The notes beneath the pieces are model-generated. The model did not search any database, was not told the origin of the DNA, and worked only from the letters and a program-made list of their open reading frames with translations. A DNA stretch of 63,336 bases, the filler included, from Guillardia theta CCMP2712 (taxonomy: Eukaryota > Protista > Cryptophyta), in the NCBI RefSeq assembly GCF_000315625.1. It is 7 parts of 7 records of this genome, joined end to end, with 100 filler letters (N's around TTAATTAATTAA, not from the genome) between each part and the next. Parts side by side here need not be neighbours in the genome. Positions count along the whole stretch, not along the records: positions 13,040 to 32,857 come from NW_005434657.1; positions 32,958 to 38,736 come from NW_005434206.1; 5 more parts are not named here. The stretch is one strand, 5' to 3'. Made by a program: the position numbers and the translations under genes. Shown here one piece after another: positions 20,371 to 34,253 of this stretch; position 1 is the stretch's first letter, and each line of letters opens with the position of its first letter.

Positions 20371-23300
20371 CTACAAGCTGGAGGTTGCCCGTGAGCTCCT
20401 CCTGCTGGGGCTGAGTTGGAGAGACCAGAGCTGGTGCTGCGGGGAGGTTGAGATGCTCCTCGGCAAGTTGCAGGTGCATTGAGAAGGACGGCGTGGGAGG
20501 CGCATCACTCGTTGGACCGTCACATCCTCTCCTCCTCTCCTCTCCCTGAGTTTCTCCTCCTCCGATCTTCTTCTCACCTGCCAGTTGCTGAACTGTAGCT
20601 GCTAGAAGGCTCGCAGAGGGTTGCGCATGTTCCAGATTATGACCTGCTCCTCGTCNNNNNNNNNNNNNNNNNNNNNNNNNNNNNNNNNNNNNNNNNNNNN
20701 NNNNNNNNNNNNNNNNNNNNNNNNNNNNNNNNNNNNNNNNNNNNNNNNNNNNNNNTTATCGATGAACACGGGGAGAGGAGCATCCATAGAGAACAAGAAG
20801 ATGGGGATGTCGCGCTTGTTCACTCCAAACTCTCCGTCTCCTCCTCCCTCTCTTGCGCCCTCAGAGCCCGAGAGATGGTCGTGCAGCAGCTGCAGATGTT
20901 TCTGGAGGACCTGCAACACTCTTCTCATCTTGCGCCTCCTCTTCCTCCTCGCTCCCCCCCCTTCGTCTCCTCGCCGTCTTCCCTCTTCCTCCTCCTTCGC
21001 ACAACCTGAGAGTCGAGGTACATCCTCTTCGTCGCCACAAACCGTCCGTCAACCTGCTGTGAGCTCAGGAATGCACTCCTCCTCCTCTTCGTCTCGTCCT
21101 CCTCCACCACCACCACCATCTCCTCGTCCTCGTCCTCGTCCTCCTCTACGTCCTCCTCCTCTCACCTTGAGAGTTGCAACAACAGCTGCTCGTAGAGCAT
21201 TTGCATATGCGACAGCCTGAGATGTGTCACTTCCTTGTCCTGCTGCTCATCTCTCCTCCTCGTCCTCCTTCCACCCTCAACTTCGCTTCCTCCATCCTTC
21301 AACTTACCAGCGCCTGGTCTTCCGCCATGGAATACTTGTGCAGTACGAAGTTGTACTTCTGTCGGGGTAGCCTGACCTTGTCGTCAACTTCTTTCTTCCT
21401 GTTCTTCTCCTCCCACCTGAAGGCTTCCAGCTCCGACTGAAACTTCGAGTAGTCGAAGTGCTGCTTCCCCTCCGGCTGTCGCATCGTCAGCGAGCGACTC
21501 CCTCCTCCCTCCCCTTCCGTTGCTCCTCCTCCTGATCCTCCTCCTCACCTTGTACGTGTTGTGGTTTGTGATGAGGTAGACGTGGAAGTGGATGTTGGCA
21601 GCGTAGGGGGCAGGAGCAGCGGAGGCAGGGGGCGTGAAGAGCTGCCGCTGAGTCGACTGGATGATGCTTCCGAGCTTAGCGAACATGCTGAAACAAGAGT
21701 CAAGAGGAGGAGAAGAGGGGAAGGAAGGGAAGGAGGGGAAGGAAGGGATCAGAGCGAAGGGGGGGGAGGGGAGGGGAACCTGTGCTGGACGAGGGAGATG
21801 TTGGCACCCTCGTGGGGTCCTCCTGCTCTCAAGGGTCACTGGGTAGAAGAGGGGAGGAGGGGAACCTGTGATGAAGCTCAAGTGCTGCATGGTCTCCTCG
21901 TCCGACTCCGTCTCCACCCTGATGGACGACAAGGAGAAGACGAGGAGGAGGCGAGAGGAGGAGAAGACGAGGAGGAGGCGAGAGGAGGAGAAGCGTCAGC
22001 GCTAGTGGCGAGGAGGAGCGCAAGGTATACTTGGCGTGTGTCTTGATGAAAGCCTCAACAGCTGAGAGTTTGTGCCGAAGCTCAGTGCATGTGCTCCCCT
22101 GCCGACGGGAGTTAGAGAGGAGGAGGAGGAGGAGGAGGAGGAGGAGGAGGAGGAGGAGACCTGGTCTTTACCACCATCGTTGTGGCATTGTTGGTTGAGG
22201 AAAACAAGGAGCATCTTCTTCTCTTCCTGCCGGTTCATTTTCATCTTCTAGTCTCCTTTCATCGTCGCATCTCCTCACCATCAGCTTCTCGATGCCATGC
22301 TCCCGCACCTGCCGATGAATCTTGTTCACGTACGCTGGATCCTTCCACTGCCCTCCCGCCTGCAATTCACGTCAGTCCACTGCCTGGTCCTCGCCCCCCC
22401 CCCCCCCCCCCACCCCCCCGGGTCTTCCTCTCCTCCTCCTCAAGCGCATCACCGTGAAGTCCGTCGCCGCCTCCTTCAAGGAGATGATGTCCGGAATCGT
22501 CCGGAAGCTCCTCACCCCTTTACCTGCCACACGGTGAGGGCTCAAGGAGGTGAGTGGGAGGAGGGGGGGGGGGAGGAGGAAGCTCGTTACCTCCTACTAT
22601 CGGCCCCCACTCGAAGGGACCGGAGGAGAAGTCAATGAAGGCGAACCGATGGCGAGAGATCCAGTTGTCCACTAGACAGTCTTCCTTGACGTGCTTGTCC
22701 TGAGCAACAGCGCGGATGTATTCCCTAACGAGGTCCAGGTGAGGAGGAACAAGAACAAGAAGAGGAGAGAAGAATGAGGAAGGATGGACGGGGGACGATG
22801 CCGATGACGATGACGATGGCGATGATATCGTCAGTGGGGAAGAGGAGGACAGGCAGGGGGGTGGGGAGAGGAGGAGGAACCTATCGTCTTCTGAGCGAGA
22901 CTGCAGGAGTCGGGTGGCCATAACCTCGAACATCATGTCGGGGGGCAGTTGCTTTCCTTTCTGAGTGCCATACAGTGTCCGCAGCTCCTGCAAGCGCACC
23001 AGCATGAGAGGCGGAAGGGAGGAAGGCAAGGAGTGGACAAGAATCGTTGAGGCGAGAGGGATCGTGGGATGGGACGGGGCAGGGCAGAACCTTGTCATAG
23101 GCTTGCTCCAGCTCCTCGTCATCAGCATCTTCAACTTCCTCCGCCGGGTGTCGCTGCGGATGGAAAAAGTTACGAACCAACGATGTCGAGGTTGAGCAGG
23201 GGAGGAGGAGGAGAGAGAAGAAAGAGGTTGAGAATGGGAGGAGGAGGAGAGGAGAGAAGAAAGAGGTTGAGCAGGGGAGGTGGAGAGAGAAGAACGAGGT

Positions 23301-24528
23301 TGAGAATGGGAGGTGGAGGAGAGGAGGGAAGAAAGAAAAGAACGAGGAGGAGGGAAGTCACCTTCCAGTAGCTGAGGTCATGCAGCGCCTGCTTGTAGAT
23401 GGCAGCCCATGCTTGGCTCAGATCTCGCATGTCTTTGAACTTGGGTCGCCCCCGAGAGTGAAGTTTCTCTGCTCCTCGGGTCTCGGGATGGATCTCTCCC
23501 TCATGATTTCGCGTCTTCACATTCTCTCGCGACTTGTCCTCCACCTTCTTGTTCAGCTCCCTCCTCTTCTCCTCCAGCTCCTCCTCAGACGTGCTGCCGT
23601 GCCCAGGGATGGTTCGGATGTGAGCGTGGAGGGAGTGAACATCCTCCTTGAGCTGATCGGACATTCGCAGGATGGGCCTCACCTTGTCTCGCCCCATCAG
23701 CTGCTCCAGCAGCGTCGCGTTCTCGTGCATGCGGTCGAGCTCGGCCTGCGAGAAGCCATAGCGGTACCCATAGTTGAAGTCCGGGTACGGCAGCTTCGGG
23801 TTCATCAGGAAGAGCGTGTAGGAGCCGTTGAGCCGCAGAGTGTCGACGAGGTCGGTCAGCGCGTTCTCGACGGGAACGATGTCGACCTGGTGCATGTCCT
23901 GCGACGTCCACGAGATGGCCGGGCCCTCCTGCCATGGGTCTTCCGGTCGCGCGTTGTCCCAGATGAGAGACTCGATCACCGAGTTCACGTCCTCGTGCAG
24001 CTCGAGCACGCGCAGGTGGTACTTGAAGTAGACGTGAGACGGCTGGGGGGCGGAGGAGTCGGAGGATTCGGAGGAGGGGACAAAGGAGTGAGGAAGGGTC
24101 TGCTGCATATGCTCGAACCATGGACGCAACGTGCGCTCAGCGAGGTTCAGCTTGTAGTGCCCATCCCCCGCGAAACCTAGGAACACAACGTTGAGGTCGA
24201 CGGGGACTGTCAGGTAGGGCTCCTTCTTCAGCCCGTTGTACTTGGCCAGGTCGTTTGCCTCCAGCCATCGCTGCTTTGAAGCCGCGGCTCTCGACAGGCT
24301 CGCGTGCAGCTCCTCCTGCAACCGCGCCACCTCCTGCAGCGGGAGCTCCGACAGTCGCAGTGAGTGCGCTGCCTTCTCCATCACCCTTCGCATCCCTCCC
24401 ACCACATCCTCCAACCGCAGCCCTGTGATCTCTGTGTTGGCTCCAGTTCCGCTCGTCTCTTTGGTGTGCGTCCCAGGGATCAGAGCGAGAGCAAGGAGGC
24501 AAGACAGCAGGAATGTCGTCCTCAACAT
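20371..24528 (-). CDS. Large secreted/membrane protein resembling the plant At3g28720/At5g58100 uncharacterised family, multi-exon
   Basis: Signal peptide MLRTTFLLSCLLALALIPG; long first exon with VPVDLNVVFLGFAGDG and YTLFLMNPK; later RFAFIDFSSGPFEWGP. Confidence 0.65.
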
Positions 24529-24992
24529 GCCTGTCGACAGTTCCAGCTTCTTCCTTCCTCTGTAAACCTACACCATCAGCCGTTAGCACACCATCAGTCT
24601 CCTCAAACATCCCATGCGGCATTGGCGCCAGCTCCGCTCCTTTCCTACTAGTCTCGACTAGCTGCAGCTGCTCCTACTCTTCTTGTCTGTGCTGATGTCG
24701 CTGTCATCGCCTCTCTCATGCCGACTGAACATCATAGCGGCAGTTCTCCCTCTCCCTTCGCTCCTCTCTCCTCCCCCTCCCCTCCCTTCGCTCCACTCGC
24801 CATTTCCCTCTGACGCGTCCAGTAGCAGGAGATGCTGGAACCCCGGGGGGTACTAAAGGGAAATCGGCAGGGTGGGGGTGCAAATGGCCAGGCTGAGCAC
24901 GGGAAAAGGGTGGGGTATCAGACATATGGAGAGGGGGGATACGAAGTACAGAGGGGGTAGGGGTGGGCGGGTGGATAGAAGCTGAGGCCGGG

Positions 24993-25577
24993 ATGGAGGA
25001 GAACGACGAGAGCTCATGGCAGGGGAGGACGCGGAAGATGATGCGATGGATGAATCCCATGCTGCTCCTCGTGGGGAAGGTGAGAGATGGCGATGATGTT
25101 GATGGCTCAGAGGCGGCAGGACATGGGGGTAGAGGATGAGGGAGGGACGATGGCTGAAGACGAAAAGTGGAGGAGGAGTGGTTGGAGCGAAGATGCTGAT
25201 GAAGCGTTGGCAGGAGGAAGCTGATGCAGCGAAGGCCAAGATCGAGAGATTCAAGGCTGGCGACGCGCAGGGACTGTCATCGGATGAGCTGCGGAGGGCC
25301 AAGACGATCGTCGAGGCTGTGCTCCACCCTGATACCCAGGAGCCCATCCCGGCTCCGTTTCGTGTCGCAGCCTTCGGCCCTGCCAACATTCCCATCTGTG
25401 CGGGAATGCTCATGATGCCTCAGACGCGCTTCAATGTTGTCTTCTGGCAGTGGGTGAACCAGAGTTACAACGCTGGGTTCAACTACAGCAACAGGTCCAA
25501 AGCCTCCTCCTCCTTCCGCCCTCTCCTCTCGTACCCTCCTCCTCATGTTCGATCCCTTTCCTCCTCCTCCTCCTTCT

Positions 25578-25619
<42 letters not shown>

Positions 25620-26212
25620 TCTCCAGCTGAGTTTGTGTCAGGAATGCCAACAGCGACCTCAGCAACGAGAAGCTTGCCGCCATCTACCTCGGGGCAACCA
25701 CCATCTCCTGCGGCATCGCCTTGGGTCTGGGGGAGGCGCTCAAGAAGCTTCCGCTGACTCCCAGCGTCTCCTCCTCCCTCTTCAAGCTCGTGCCCTACAT
25801 GGCGGTGGCTGGCTCCAACGTCTTCAACCTCGTCTCCATGCGCAGCAGCGAGCTCGCTACCGGCATCCCCGTCAAGGACAAAGACGGCCGCGTGCTCGGG
25901 CTCTCCAAGGAGGCAGGCAAGAGCGCCATCCTGCAAGGAGCCATCACGAGGGTCGTCATCCCCGCCCCCGTCCTCCTCTTCCCTCCCATCATCATGCGCT
26001 TCATCGACCAGGCCAAGCTCCCGCCCAGGATCCGCCCAGCAGCCGAGCTGTTTGTCATCGTGGCGTCTGTGTTTGGGGCGCTGCCATGCGCCATCGGCTT
26101 GTTCCCTCAAGAGTCTTCGGTGCCGGTGAGCCGAGTGGAGAGAGAGTTCCAAGGGCTCAAGACCAAGGACGGGGAGGAAGTGAAGCAAGTCTTCTTCAAC
26201 CGAGGCGTCTGA
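24993..26212 (+). CDS. SFXN: Sideroflexin (mitochondrial tricarboxylate/serine carrier family)
   Basis: HPDTQEPIPAPFR, FWQWVNQSYNAGFNYSNRNA, PYMAVAGSNVFN..MRSSEL..GIPV, C-terminal FNRGV*; likely first exon MEENDESSWQGR. Confidence 0.93.
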
Positions 26213-26641
26213 TGCCTCCTGTAGCTCGAGAGGTCCTCTCCTTCACTTCCTCTCCCTCCCCTCCCCCCTCCCCCTCTCGCTCCTCCTCCTCCTGCCCTCT
26301 TCATCTCATCTCCTTCACACCATGAAACTTTCGGCATCAAGAGATATTCATCTGTTATTAGTTGTTTCGGATCCTGCAATGAAACGCTGGGCTGTGATCG
26401 TCTCGCTTCTTCTCCTCCTCCTCCTCCTCCTCCTCCTCTCTTTCGCGTCTCCTTCTCTCTCGCTCTCCTCCTTCCCCCCATGCTACTCCCCTCCCCTCTC
26501 CCTCCCCCGCAAAAAAAACCACTCCCCCCTCCCACCCCTCCCCCCCGCCCCCCCCCGCCACCGCCGTTCCTTCCCCCCTCCCTCGCTCTTGACCTCACCC
26601 CCCCCCCTTCCTCCCTCCATCCCCCTTGTCGCTGTGCGCGC

Positions 26642-27777
26642 ATGCCTCATGCTCTGTCGCTCTCCAGCTGCTCTTTGCTTCTGCTCGCGCTCCTCGGCTC
26701 CGCGAGCTGCTGGCGTGTCGTGCGATGGAGGCCTCCTCGCAAGGTGGCGACGAGCATGAGCTGCCAGCGAGGGTCGAGGAGGAGCCTCTTGAGCTTCGCG
26801 CTCGTCCCCCTGCTGGCTGAGCAGCCCAGGTACGAGGACATTGCTCGGAGGACGCGTGACCAAGGTAACGCCATGACGTAAGTGCGCGGCTGAACCTCCT
26901 CAGTCAGCATGCAAGAGGAGAACCGCTTCTTGTCGGAGCCAGTGGGATGGCCGGCATGGATGGAGGGGACATGGAAGGTAAGGAGTGGCGAGGAGGAGGC
27001 GAGATGAGGCGAATGTCAGGTGAGAGACGAGGAGGAAGGACAGATCGGGGAGCAGGCGCCAGTCATCAGGCAAGAGAAGTTCATCAAGTCTCGAGGTCGT
27101 GGGGGCAACGAGCGCGTGATCGAAGCCAAAGACGAGAACTTCAAGGACGACGTAACAATTCCTCTCCCTCTCCCTCCCACTCCCACTCCCAATCCCTCTC
27201 CCTCCCCCTCCCCCTCCCTCTCCCTCCCTCCCCCTCCTCCTCTCCCTCTCCCTCTCCCTCCCCNNNNNNNNNNNNNNNNNNNNNNNNNNNNNNNNNNNNN
27301 NNNNNNNNNNNNNNNNNNNNNNNNNNNNNNNNNNNNNNNNNNNNNNNNNNNNNNNNNNNNNNNTCCCCTCCTCCCTCCTCCCCTCCCCTCCCCCCTCCTC
27401 CCTCCCTCTCCCCGTCTCCTCCTCCTCTCCTTCTCACCTAGCCCCCAGCTGCAAGTCCGCCACAACCTTCCCGTGGTAGCTTCCCTCTACGACCCGCTCA
27501 AGGACCCCACGCGTGTTGTGCTGCAGCTGAGCAGCGAGGAGAAGGTGCTGCCAGGCCTGAGCCCCAGCGACCTCAGCGATGGCAGGGGAGGATGTGCATG
27601 GCGGTGGGTGCTGTGGTCGGACGGTGCGAGCGACGAGAAATCTTCCTCCTCGCTCAAGAAGCTGCTGGTGTGTCAAGGATGAGGGATGAGGAGGAAGAGG
27701 AGGAGGAGGAGCTGAGGGAACAGCAGGCGAAGGGGATGCTTTCATCTGCAGCGAGACTTATAGAAGCCTCGACGTGA
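26642..27777 (+). CDS. Putative signal-peptide/plastid-targeted hypothetical protein, multi-exon
   Basis: Hydrophobic N-terminus LLLLALLGSASCW, basic transit-like stretch, twin-Arg-like SRRSLL, then WPAWMEGTW. Confidence 0.5.
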
Positions 27778-27835
27778 GGAAGCAGACAGTGAAGGGTGAT
27801 AGAGCGAGGGAGGGGCGGGAGGGGCGGGAGGAGCT

Positions 27836-29672
27836 CTAACAGGTTGGGCAGTGAGAGAGTTCGAGGTCATCCGGGAGTTGCGGAGGCTTGAGGACGGTTG
27901 GGAGCAGAGGGTGAGGTCGCCAAGTGAATTCCCGCAGGTTCTGTGAGGGGAACAAAATCTGTGATCCTCTACAGCGATCCTGATCCGGTGCGTCCTCTCC
28001 CTTCCTCCCCCCCCGCCCCTCCCTCCTCCTGGTTCTCTTTCTCACTTCCCTTCCTTCCTCGCAGGTTGACGATCCCATCGCGCTCGCTCGCTCTCTCGGG
28101 TCCCTGCGCGTCTGGTCTGCCATGACCAAAGTCTCTCTCTGCTCCGCTGGCATGGCGCCGCTCACAGCATGGCAGGGGAAGGTTCCTCGAGGGTCAGTCG
28201 GACTGGACATGACGGAGAGGCAGCGAGCGAGAGCCGTGACGAGCTACGTGATGAGCTACGAGCGAGAGGGAGGATGAGAGCAAGAGGAGGAGAATGAAGC
28301 CGTGCTTTACGACTTCTTCCATGCCGCAACGTCCTTAGCCGAGTCGATGATCCCGTCTCGGAAGCCGCTGTCACACAGCAGCCTCGCATGCACCACCCGC
28401 CCGTCCTTGTCGAGGTCGACGGCGATGATGGCGCAGTTGGCGAGGGCGTGAGTCTGTAGTGTGCGTCCCAGAGGCGAGCGGAAGAAATCAGCGGAGGCGC
28501 CTCGGTGAAGCTTCGCCGCCTTCGCCCAGTGGCGCTTGAACAGCCGCAGGAAGAGCATGGAATGACCCACGCAGACAGCCGCACGAGAGTCAGAGCTTCT
28601 TGCCTGGCCAAGACGTTACAAGAGGAGGGAAGCAGAGGCTGGGAGGAAGGAAAGGAGGAGGAAATGAGGGAGGAGAGACGGGTAGCGAGGGAGGAGAGGT
28701 GAGGGAGGGAGGGAGTGGTGGTGGTGAAGGAGGAAGAAGAGGAAGAAGTGAGGGACGGAGGAGGAAGAAGAAGAGGAGGAGGAGGAGGAGGCAGTGAGGG
28801 AGGAGGAGGAGGTGAGGGAGAGGAGGTGAGGGAGGAGTTCAGAAAATCTCTACCTGCTCTCGCAAGTCCCTCACGAGTCTCTCGATGCGTTCGTCGACTG
28901 AGCTGTCAACCTCAATGGACGAGATCCATCGGGAAGAGGCAGCTGGGACTCTGCTGACGTCGAGCTGAATCGATCCATCCGCGAGAGCTTGACACGCCTC
29001 TTTGCAGGCGTGTGTCACGTGCTTCGGCAGCTCCTCTTCTGCTGACAGATTCTCCAGCTCTGCTAGAGCTCGCGAGGCGACTTGACCCCGAGGAAGAGCG
29101 ACGCAGTCGTAGGACAAGCCTGGCACGCATGACGCCCTCTCTCGAGCATCCGGCATAAGTTGTACTCCTGTAAGCTGGTTGAGAGCGTGCAGAAAGAACA
29201 TTTTGCCTTCCCCTCCCTCCCTTCCTCCCCCTCCCCTCGCTCCTCTCCCTTCCTCACCATGACGGATTCCAGGCAATGGCGTCAGCGCCAGGATTGAGGT
29301 CTCGACGGCTCTTGTGAGGGAGGAGCTGAAAATCCTCGTGGTCGGGTCGCTCAGCCTCTTGGCATCCGTCTTGCACTCCTCCTCCCGGTCGCGCGCGTTT
29401 CTCATCATCGACTCCAACCTGGAGGCCAGGTGGACACACTGCTCTGCTCCCCGCAGGCTCAGCCCGTGATCTGCCATGCGCCTCACCTCCTCGCTCGAAC
29501 CAACTCAACCCCTCAGCTCACCTTGCTCGCGGAACATGGCCCCGATGTCGAAGTTGCGGATGGCGACGTTCTGGCGGCTCTCGCCATGGCGGATGAGGTA
29601 CAAGGTGACATCAGGAGTCATCGAAGCAGCGGAGAGGAAGCAGCAGAAGAAGAGGATGACCACCTGAAACAT
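27836..29672 (-). CDS. Histidine phosphatase (phosphoglycerate mutase-like) family protein with signal peptide
   Basis: MFQVVILFFCCFLSAAS..LYLIRHGESRQN (RHG motif), DHGLSLRGAEQC, IFSSSLTRAVET, GHS. Confidence 0.85.
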
Positions 29673-29877
29673 GTAGATCAGAGCTACACCGCTGAACTAC
29701 CATTTGCTCCCTTCCCCTCCTCCTCCTCCTCCTCCTCCTCCTCCTCTCTTTCCTCACCTGCTCCTCCCTCCCTCTTCNNNNNNNNNNNNNNNNNNNNNNN
29801 NNNNNNNNNNNNNNNNNNNNNNNNNNNNNNNNNNNNNNNNNNNNNNNNNNNNNNNNNNNNNNNNNNNNNNNNNNNNN

Positions 29878-30142
29878 TCTGCTCCTTCTGCACCTCCTGC
29901 TCCTTCTGCTGCTCCTGCTGATGCTGCTCCTGCTGCTCCTGCTCCTGCTTCTGCTGATGCTGCTCCTTCTGCTGCTCCTGCTCCTGCTCCTGCTGATGCT
30001 GCTCCTTCTGCTGCTCCTGCTGCTCCTCCTGCTCCTCCTGCTGCTCCTCCTGCTGCTCCTGCTGCTGCTGCTCCTGCTGCTCCTGCTGCTCCTCCTGCAC
30101 CTGCTGCTCCTTCTGCACCTGCTGCTGCTGCTCCTGCTGCTA

Positions 30143-30182
<40 letters not shown>

Positions 30183-30191
30183 ACCTGCTCA

Positions 30192-30222
<31 letters not shown>

Positions 30223-30441
30223 TCTGCTGCACCTGCACCTGCACCTGCACCTGCACCTGCTCCTGCTCCTTCTGCTCCTTCTGCTCCTGCTGCTCCTGCT
30301 CCTGCTGATGCTGCTCCTGCTGCTCCTCCTGCACCTGCTGATGCTGATGCTCCTTCTGCTGCTCCTGCACCTGCTGATGCTCCTGCTCCTGCTCCTCTCG
30401 TTCTTGCACCTGCTCCTGCTGATGCTCCTGCTGCTGCTCCT
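29878..30441. repeat. Low-complexity (CTG/CTC/CCT) microsatellite-like tract
   Basis: Degenerate CTGCTC hexamer run next to an N gap. Confidence 0.9.
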
Positions 30442-30697
30442 CGAGGGGAAGTCCTCGACTTGTCCATCCTTCTGTTCTACTGCCGATGCGGTTCAAATAT
30501 CGTTGACATTATTTCCTCTTCTCGTGATCTTGATGTTTTCCTTTCTTTTATTCCTTTTGTTTTCGTTGTTTTTGTCTTTTTGGAATTCTCTGTCAAGTTC
30601 ACCATTGTTCACACTACTGTGGTTCTTTTCAGCTCGTCCTCCTCCATTCATTCTGTGGACATCATGATCTCGACGTAGCCTGAAGAGAACAGGAAGC

Positions 30698-32790
30698 ATG
30701 GCGCCAGCATGCAAGGCCTCCGTCACGTTCGGCCTGATGTCTGCTGTCATCCTCCTCGTGTACTTGAAGACGTTGCCACCAACGGTGCGATTGCACGTGA
30801 CAAGGCGGCATGAATAAGTCATGATCCAACTACTGCAGATCGTTGGAGGAGACTCGGGCGACATCGTTGTGAGCGCGTGGAAGCTCAGCGTTCCTCACCC
30901 TCCAGGTGCTGAGACGGAGGGACGGGGAGAGGAAGGGAGGGAAGTCAACTGTTGCAGGCTACCCGACCATCACGATGATCGGCCACGTCTTCATGCACTA
31001 CCTCCTACCGTGAGCTTGCTCGGCTCATCGCAACGGCAGCATGTCATGCTCTCTGCAGGTTCGGCGAGCCAGCATGGCGCATGGGAGTGCTTAACGCCAT
31101 CTTCGCCGCGTCCTCCTCGCTGCTGCTGGGCCTCACGGCATTTGAGCTGTGGGATGACACCTTGAGTGCGGCGACGGCAACGATCCTCTACTCCTTCTCT
31201 CCTCTCGTCTGGCAGTACGCGACTACCCCCGAGGTTCTCCCTCCTCCTCCTCCTCCTCCCTCCTCCTCCTCCGCATCCTTAGGCTTCAGCCAGGTGTTTG
31301 CGCTGAACAATCTCTTCGTTGCTCTCCTTGTTGCCATCTACGTCAAAGTCTTGACTGCTGCCGACAAGCACGCGGGTTCTGCTCCTCCTCTGCTTCTTTC
31401 CATCACCTTCTCATGCATCCCCAGCTCTTCGCTGGACGCGCCTAGGCGTCCTTTGTGGTGGAATCGCGCTGGGCAACCAGCACACGATCGTGATTCTGCT
31501 AGTTCCCATCGCGCTTGACGTGGGAGGAGCAGAGGAGGAGGAGGCTACTGCTAAGACAACCGGCAGGTTCTGCTCACTCTCAGACTCGGTCAGTCTGCTT
31601 GTGAGCTGCTGCTGTGGACAGGTGACGAGAGTCGATGCTGCTGTCACTATCTGACACCTCCAACACTTCCAGCTCTCATCCTGCTGGGACTCTCGCAGTA
31701 TCTCCTCCTCGCCCTCCTCAGTGCCGCACATGGGGATGAGATGTGAGGAAGAGCGCGATCCGCTCCTGCTGACCTGCGACTTGACAGCTACAGCTGGGGA
31801 GATGTCACCACAGCTGGGGGCCTGCTCAGACATCTCCTGCGAACTGAGTACGGAACGTTCGACCTTATTTCAGGGGTTGATCGCAGCTTGTCCTCGGCCC
31901 TCACCAGCCTCCTCCTCTACCTCCTCACGGTCTCTTCCTGTTCCTCCTGCTCCTCGTGTGCCTCCTCCTCCTCTCTCCTCACCTTAACTGCAGCTCTCCC
32001 GCGAGTCCTCTCATCTCGCCATCCCCTCTCTCTTGCTGTCCTGCTGGTTCGCTGGCTCGTCCGCTGCTGGAAGAGACCGCAAGCGCGTCATCGTCTCTCG
32101 CCGCCTCCTCCTGCTATGGGCCGCATATGTCGGTCGGTCTTGTTCCCAACCCCCGCCCTTGCCAGTCCTCCTGCCTCCTCACGTCTCGTTTCTCCGCTTC
32201 TCCCTCCTCATGACTCGCTCAGGCTTCTTCCACTGGAGGAGCAACCTTCCTCTCCATCACCCCCTGTAACTGCTGCAACTCTCTCAACCTCGCTCATCGC
32301 CGGCGCAGCTACCGAGGAGTCTTGAAGCGATTTCACTTACAGGTGATGAGGATGAGCGGAGGGAGGGAAAATAGAAGGAGGAGGAGGGAGATAGGAGTGA
32401 GCGGAGAGGAGGTGCGGGGCTGATATGATCAGTCAGCCGAACTACCTTGTCTTCGTCCTCATCGCGCATCTGCTGGCGAAGGTCTGCAGGAATGCGATGA
32501 GAATTGCTGGAGGCAGGAAGGAAGAGGAGGAGAAGGAGAACAAGAAAGCGAAGCTGGACATGCAGCTTCCTCTAAGCGTTGCCGTCGTCGTGATAGTCAC
32601 AAGCCTGCAGGTAAGCAGCACATTAGAACGTGAGGGAGGAGGGAGGGGGCAGGGGGGGAGGGTAGGCGGGAGGGAGGAACTTGTCTCGAAATCCTGACGA
32701 GCAACTCAGCTGATGTCTGGGTGGAAAAATCGCGATCAGAGTGACAACTTTGCCATCAAGACGTTTGCTATGAGCTTGCTGCATGTGACC
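30698..32790 (+). CDS. TMEM260: TMEM260/DUF2723-like protein O-mannosyltransferase, multi-exon, 3'-truncated
   Basis: VYLKTLPPT-IVGGDSGDIV..SVPHPPGYP, FSPLVWQYATTPEVFALNN, GNQHT, and an FxHLLRTEYGTF-like segment. Confidence 0.88.
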
Positions 32791-33184
32791 CTCCCTCCCT
32801 CCCTCCCTCTTCCCTCCCCTTCGCTCCCTCCCTCCTCCTCTATTCCTCCTCCTCCCTNNNNNNNNNNNNNNNNNNNNNNNNNNNNNNNNNNNNNNNNNNN
32901 NTTAATTAATTAANNNNNNNNNNNNNNNNNNNNNNNNNNNNNNNNNNNNNNNNNNNNCCCTCCCTCCCTCTCTCCCTCCTCATTCCTCCATCCCTACCTG
33001 AGCTGGTGAGGAGCAAATGTTCAGTTCATCCTCAGCTACCTCCTCCCTTGCAGCGTCTCGCGCGACGCCACGCTCCTCCGCGTCGTTCTCGTCAGCTCCT
33101 GAGAGGGAACGGATGAGAGGAGAAGGGACTGCGAGCATGTGAAGGGGGGGAGAAGGAAGGAGGACAAGGAATTCCTGTTCTACC

Positions 33185-33216
<32 letters not shown>

Positions 33217-33279
33217 GGCAAGGGCAGGGGCAGGAACAGGAGGAGCAGGAGCAGGAGCAGGAGGAGCAGGAGGAGCAGG

Positions 33280-33311
<32 letters not shown>

Positions 33312-34192
33312 CAGGAGAAGGGCAGCAAGGAAAGGTGAAGGGCGGGGAGCCATGAATGCTCGACAAGCAACAAGTGACGTCGAAGTTGGACTTGAACGAA
33401 GGGCGGAGGGAGGCAGAGAACAGGAGGAGAGGAGAGGAGGAGGAGGGGAAGCTACCTTCTTCATTATGCTGCTCCCGCTGCCTCCTTTCCATCTGAGAGC
33501 AGCGGTAACTATCCCAGCGGTAACTATCCCTCCTCCTCCGCTCCCTCTTCCTCCGCTCCCGTGCTCTCATCTCACCCGTACTTGCGGAATCCGAAGAAGT
33601 AACACCACATGAGCAGAAGCAAGCCTGACCACCGTCAGAGCCAAACTTGATGCTTAACCAAACCAAAACTCTCCCCCTGCCCTGCCCTGCCCTGCCCTGC
33701 CCTCCTCCCTTCCCTTCCCTTCCTCCCCTCCCCTTCCTCCTCTGCCCTCCCCTCCCCTCCCCTCCCTCCCCTCCATCCGTCTGCCAGTCTTGTCTCATCT
33801 CTTGCCCTCTCCATTCTCCTTTTCACTTGTCACCTGCTACTCCTCCTGAGATGGCGAAGGCAATGATTTGCAACATGGTGGCTCCTGTTTGCTCCAAGTC
33901 AGACTGCTGCAACATCATCATCACTATCATTATCATCCCTATAATCATCGCTACCCCCATCATCACCGTCAGATCAACAACATCGTTTCCTCCTCAGCTT
34001 TCTTCATCCTTACCTGATTTCCCCGAGCTGCTCGCTTCAGCGCTTGAGTTTGTCGTCTATCAGCATGGCCATGAGTGAGACTATTCACCTTCATGCTCCT
34101 CCTACCATCAGCATCTCCACAACGGTCGTCGAGATGCTTGCTGCAGCCTGCGAGTCACTGCCAACGCTGCATGCCAGCAGTCAGTACAAGCT

Positions 34193-34253
<61 letters not shown>

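Noticed and set aside
23380-24180. Long antisense ORFs over GC-rich genes (also 25277-26188)
   Set aside because: Shadow frames of recognisable genes on the opposite strand, caused by high GC3
29611-30678. Poly-Leu, Ala-Pro, Gln-Glu and Arg-Ser ORFs
   Set aside because: Stop-free translations of a simple repeat in all frames; the same applies to 33092-33612, 37745-38197 and 57255-57470
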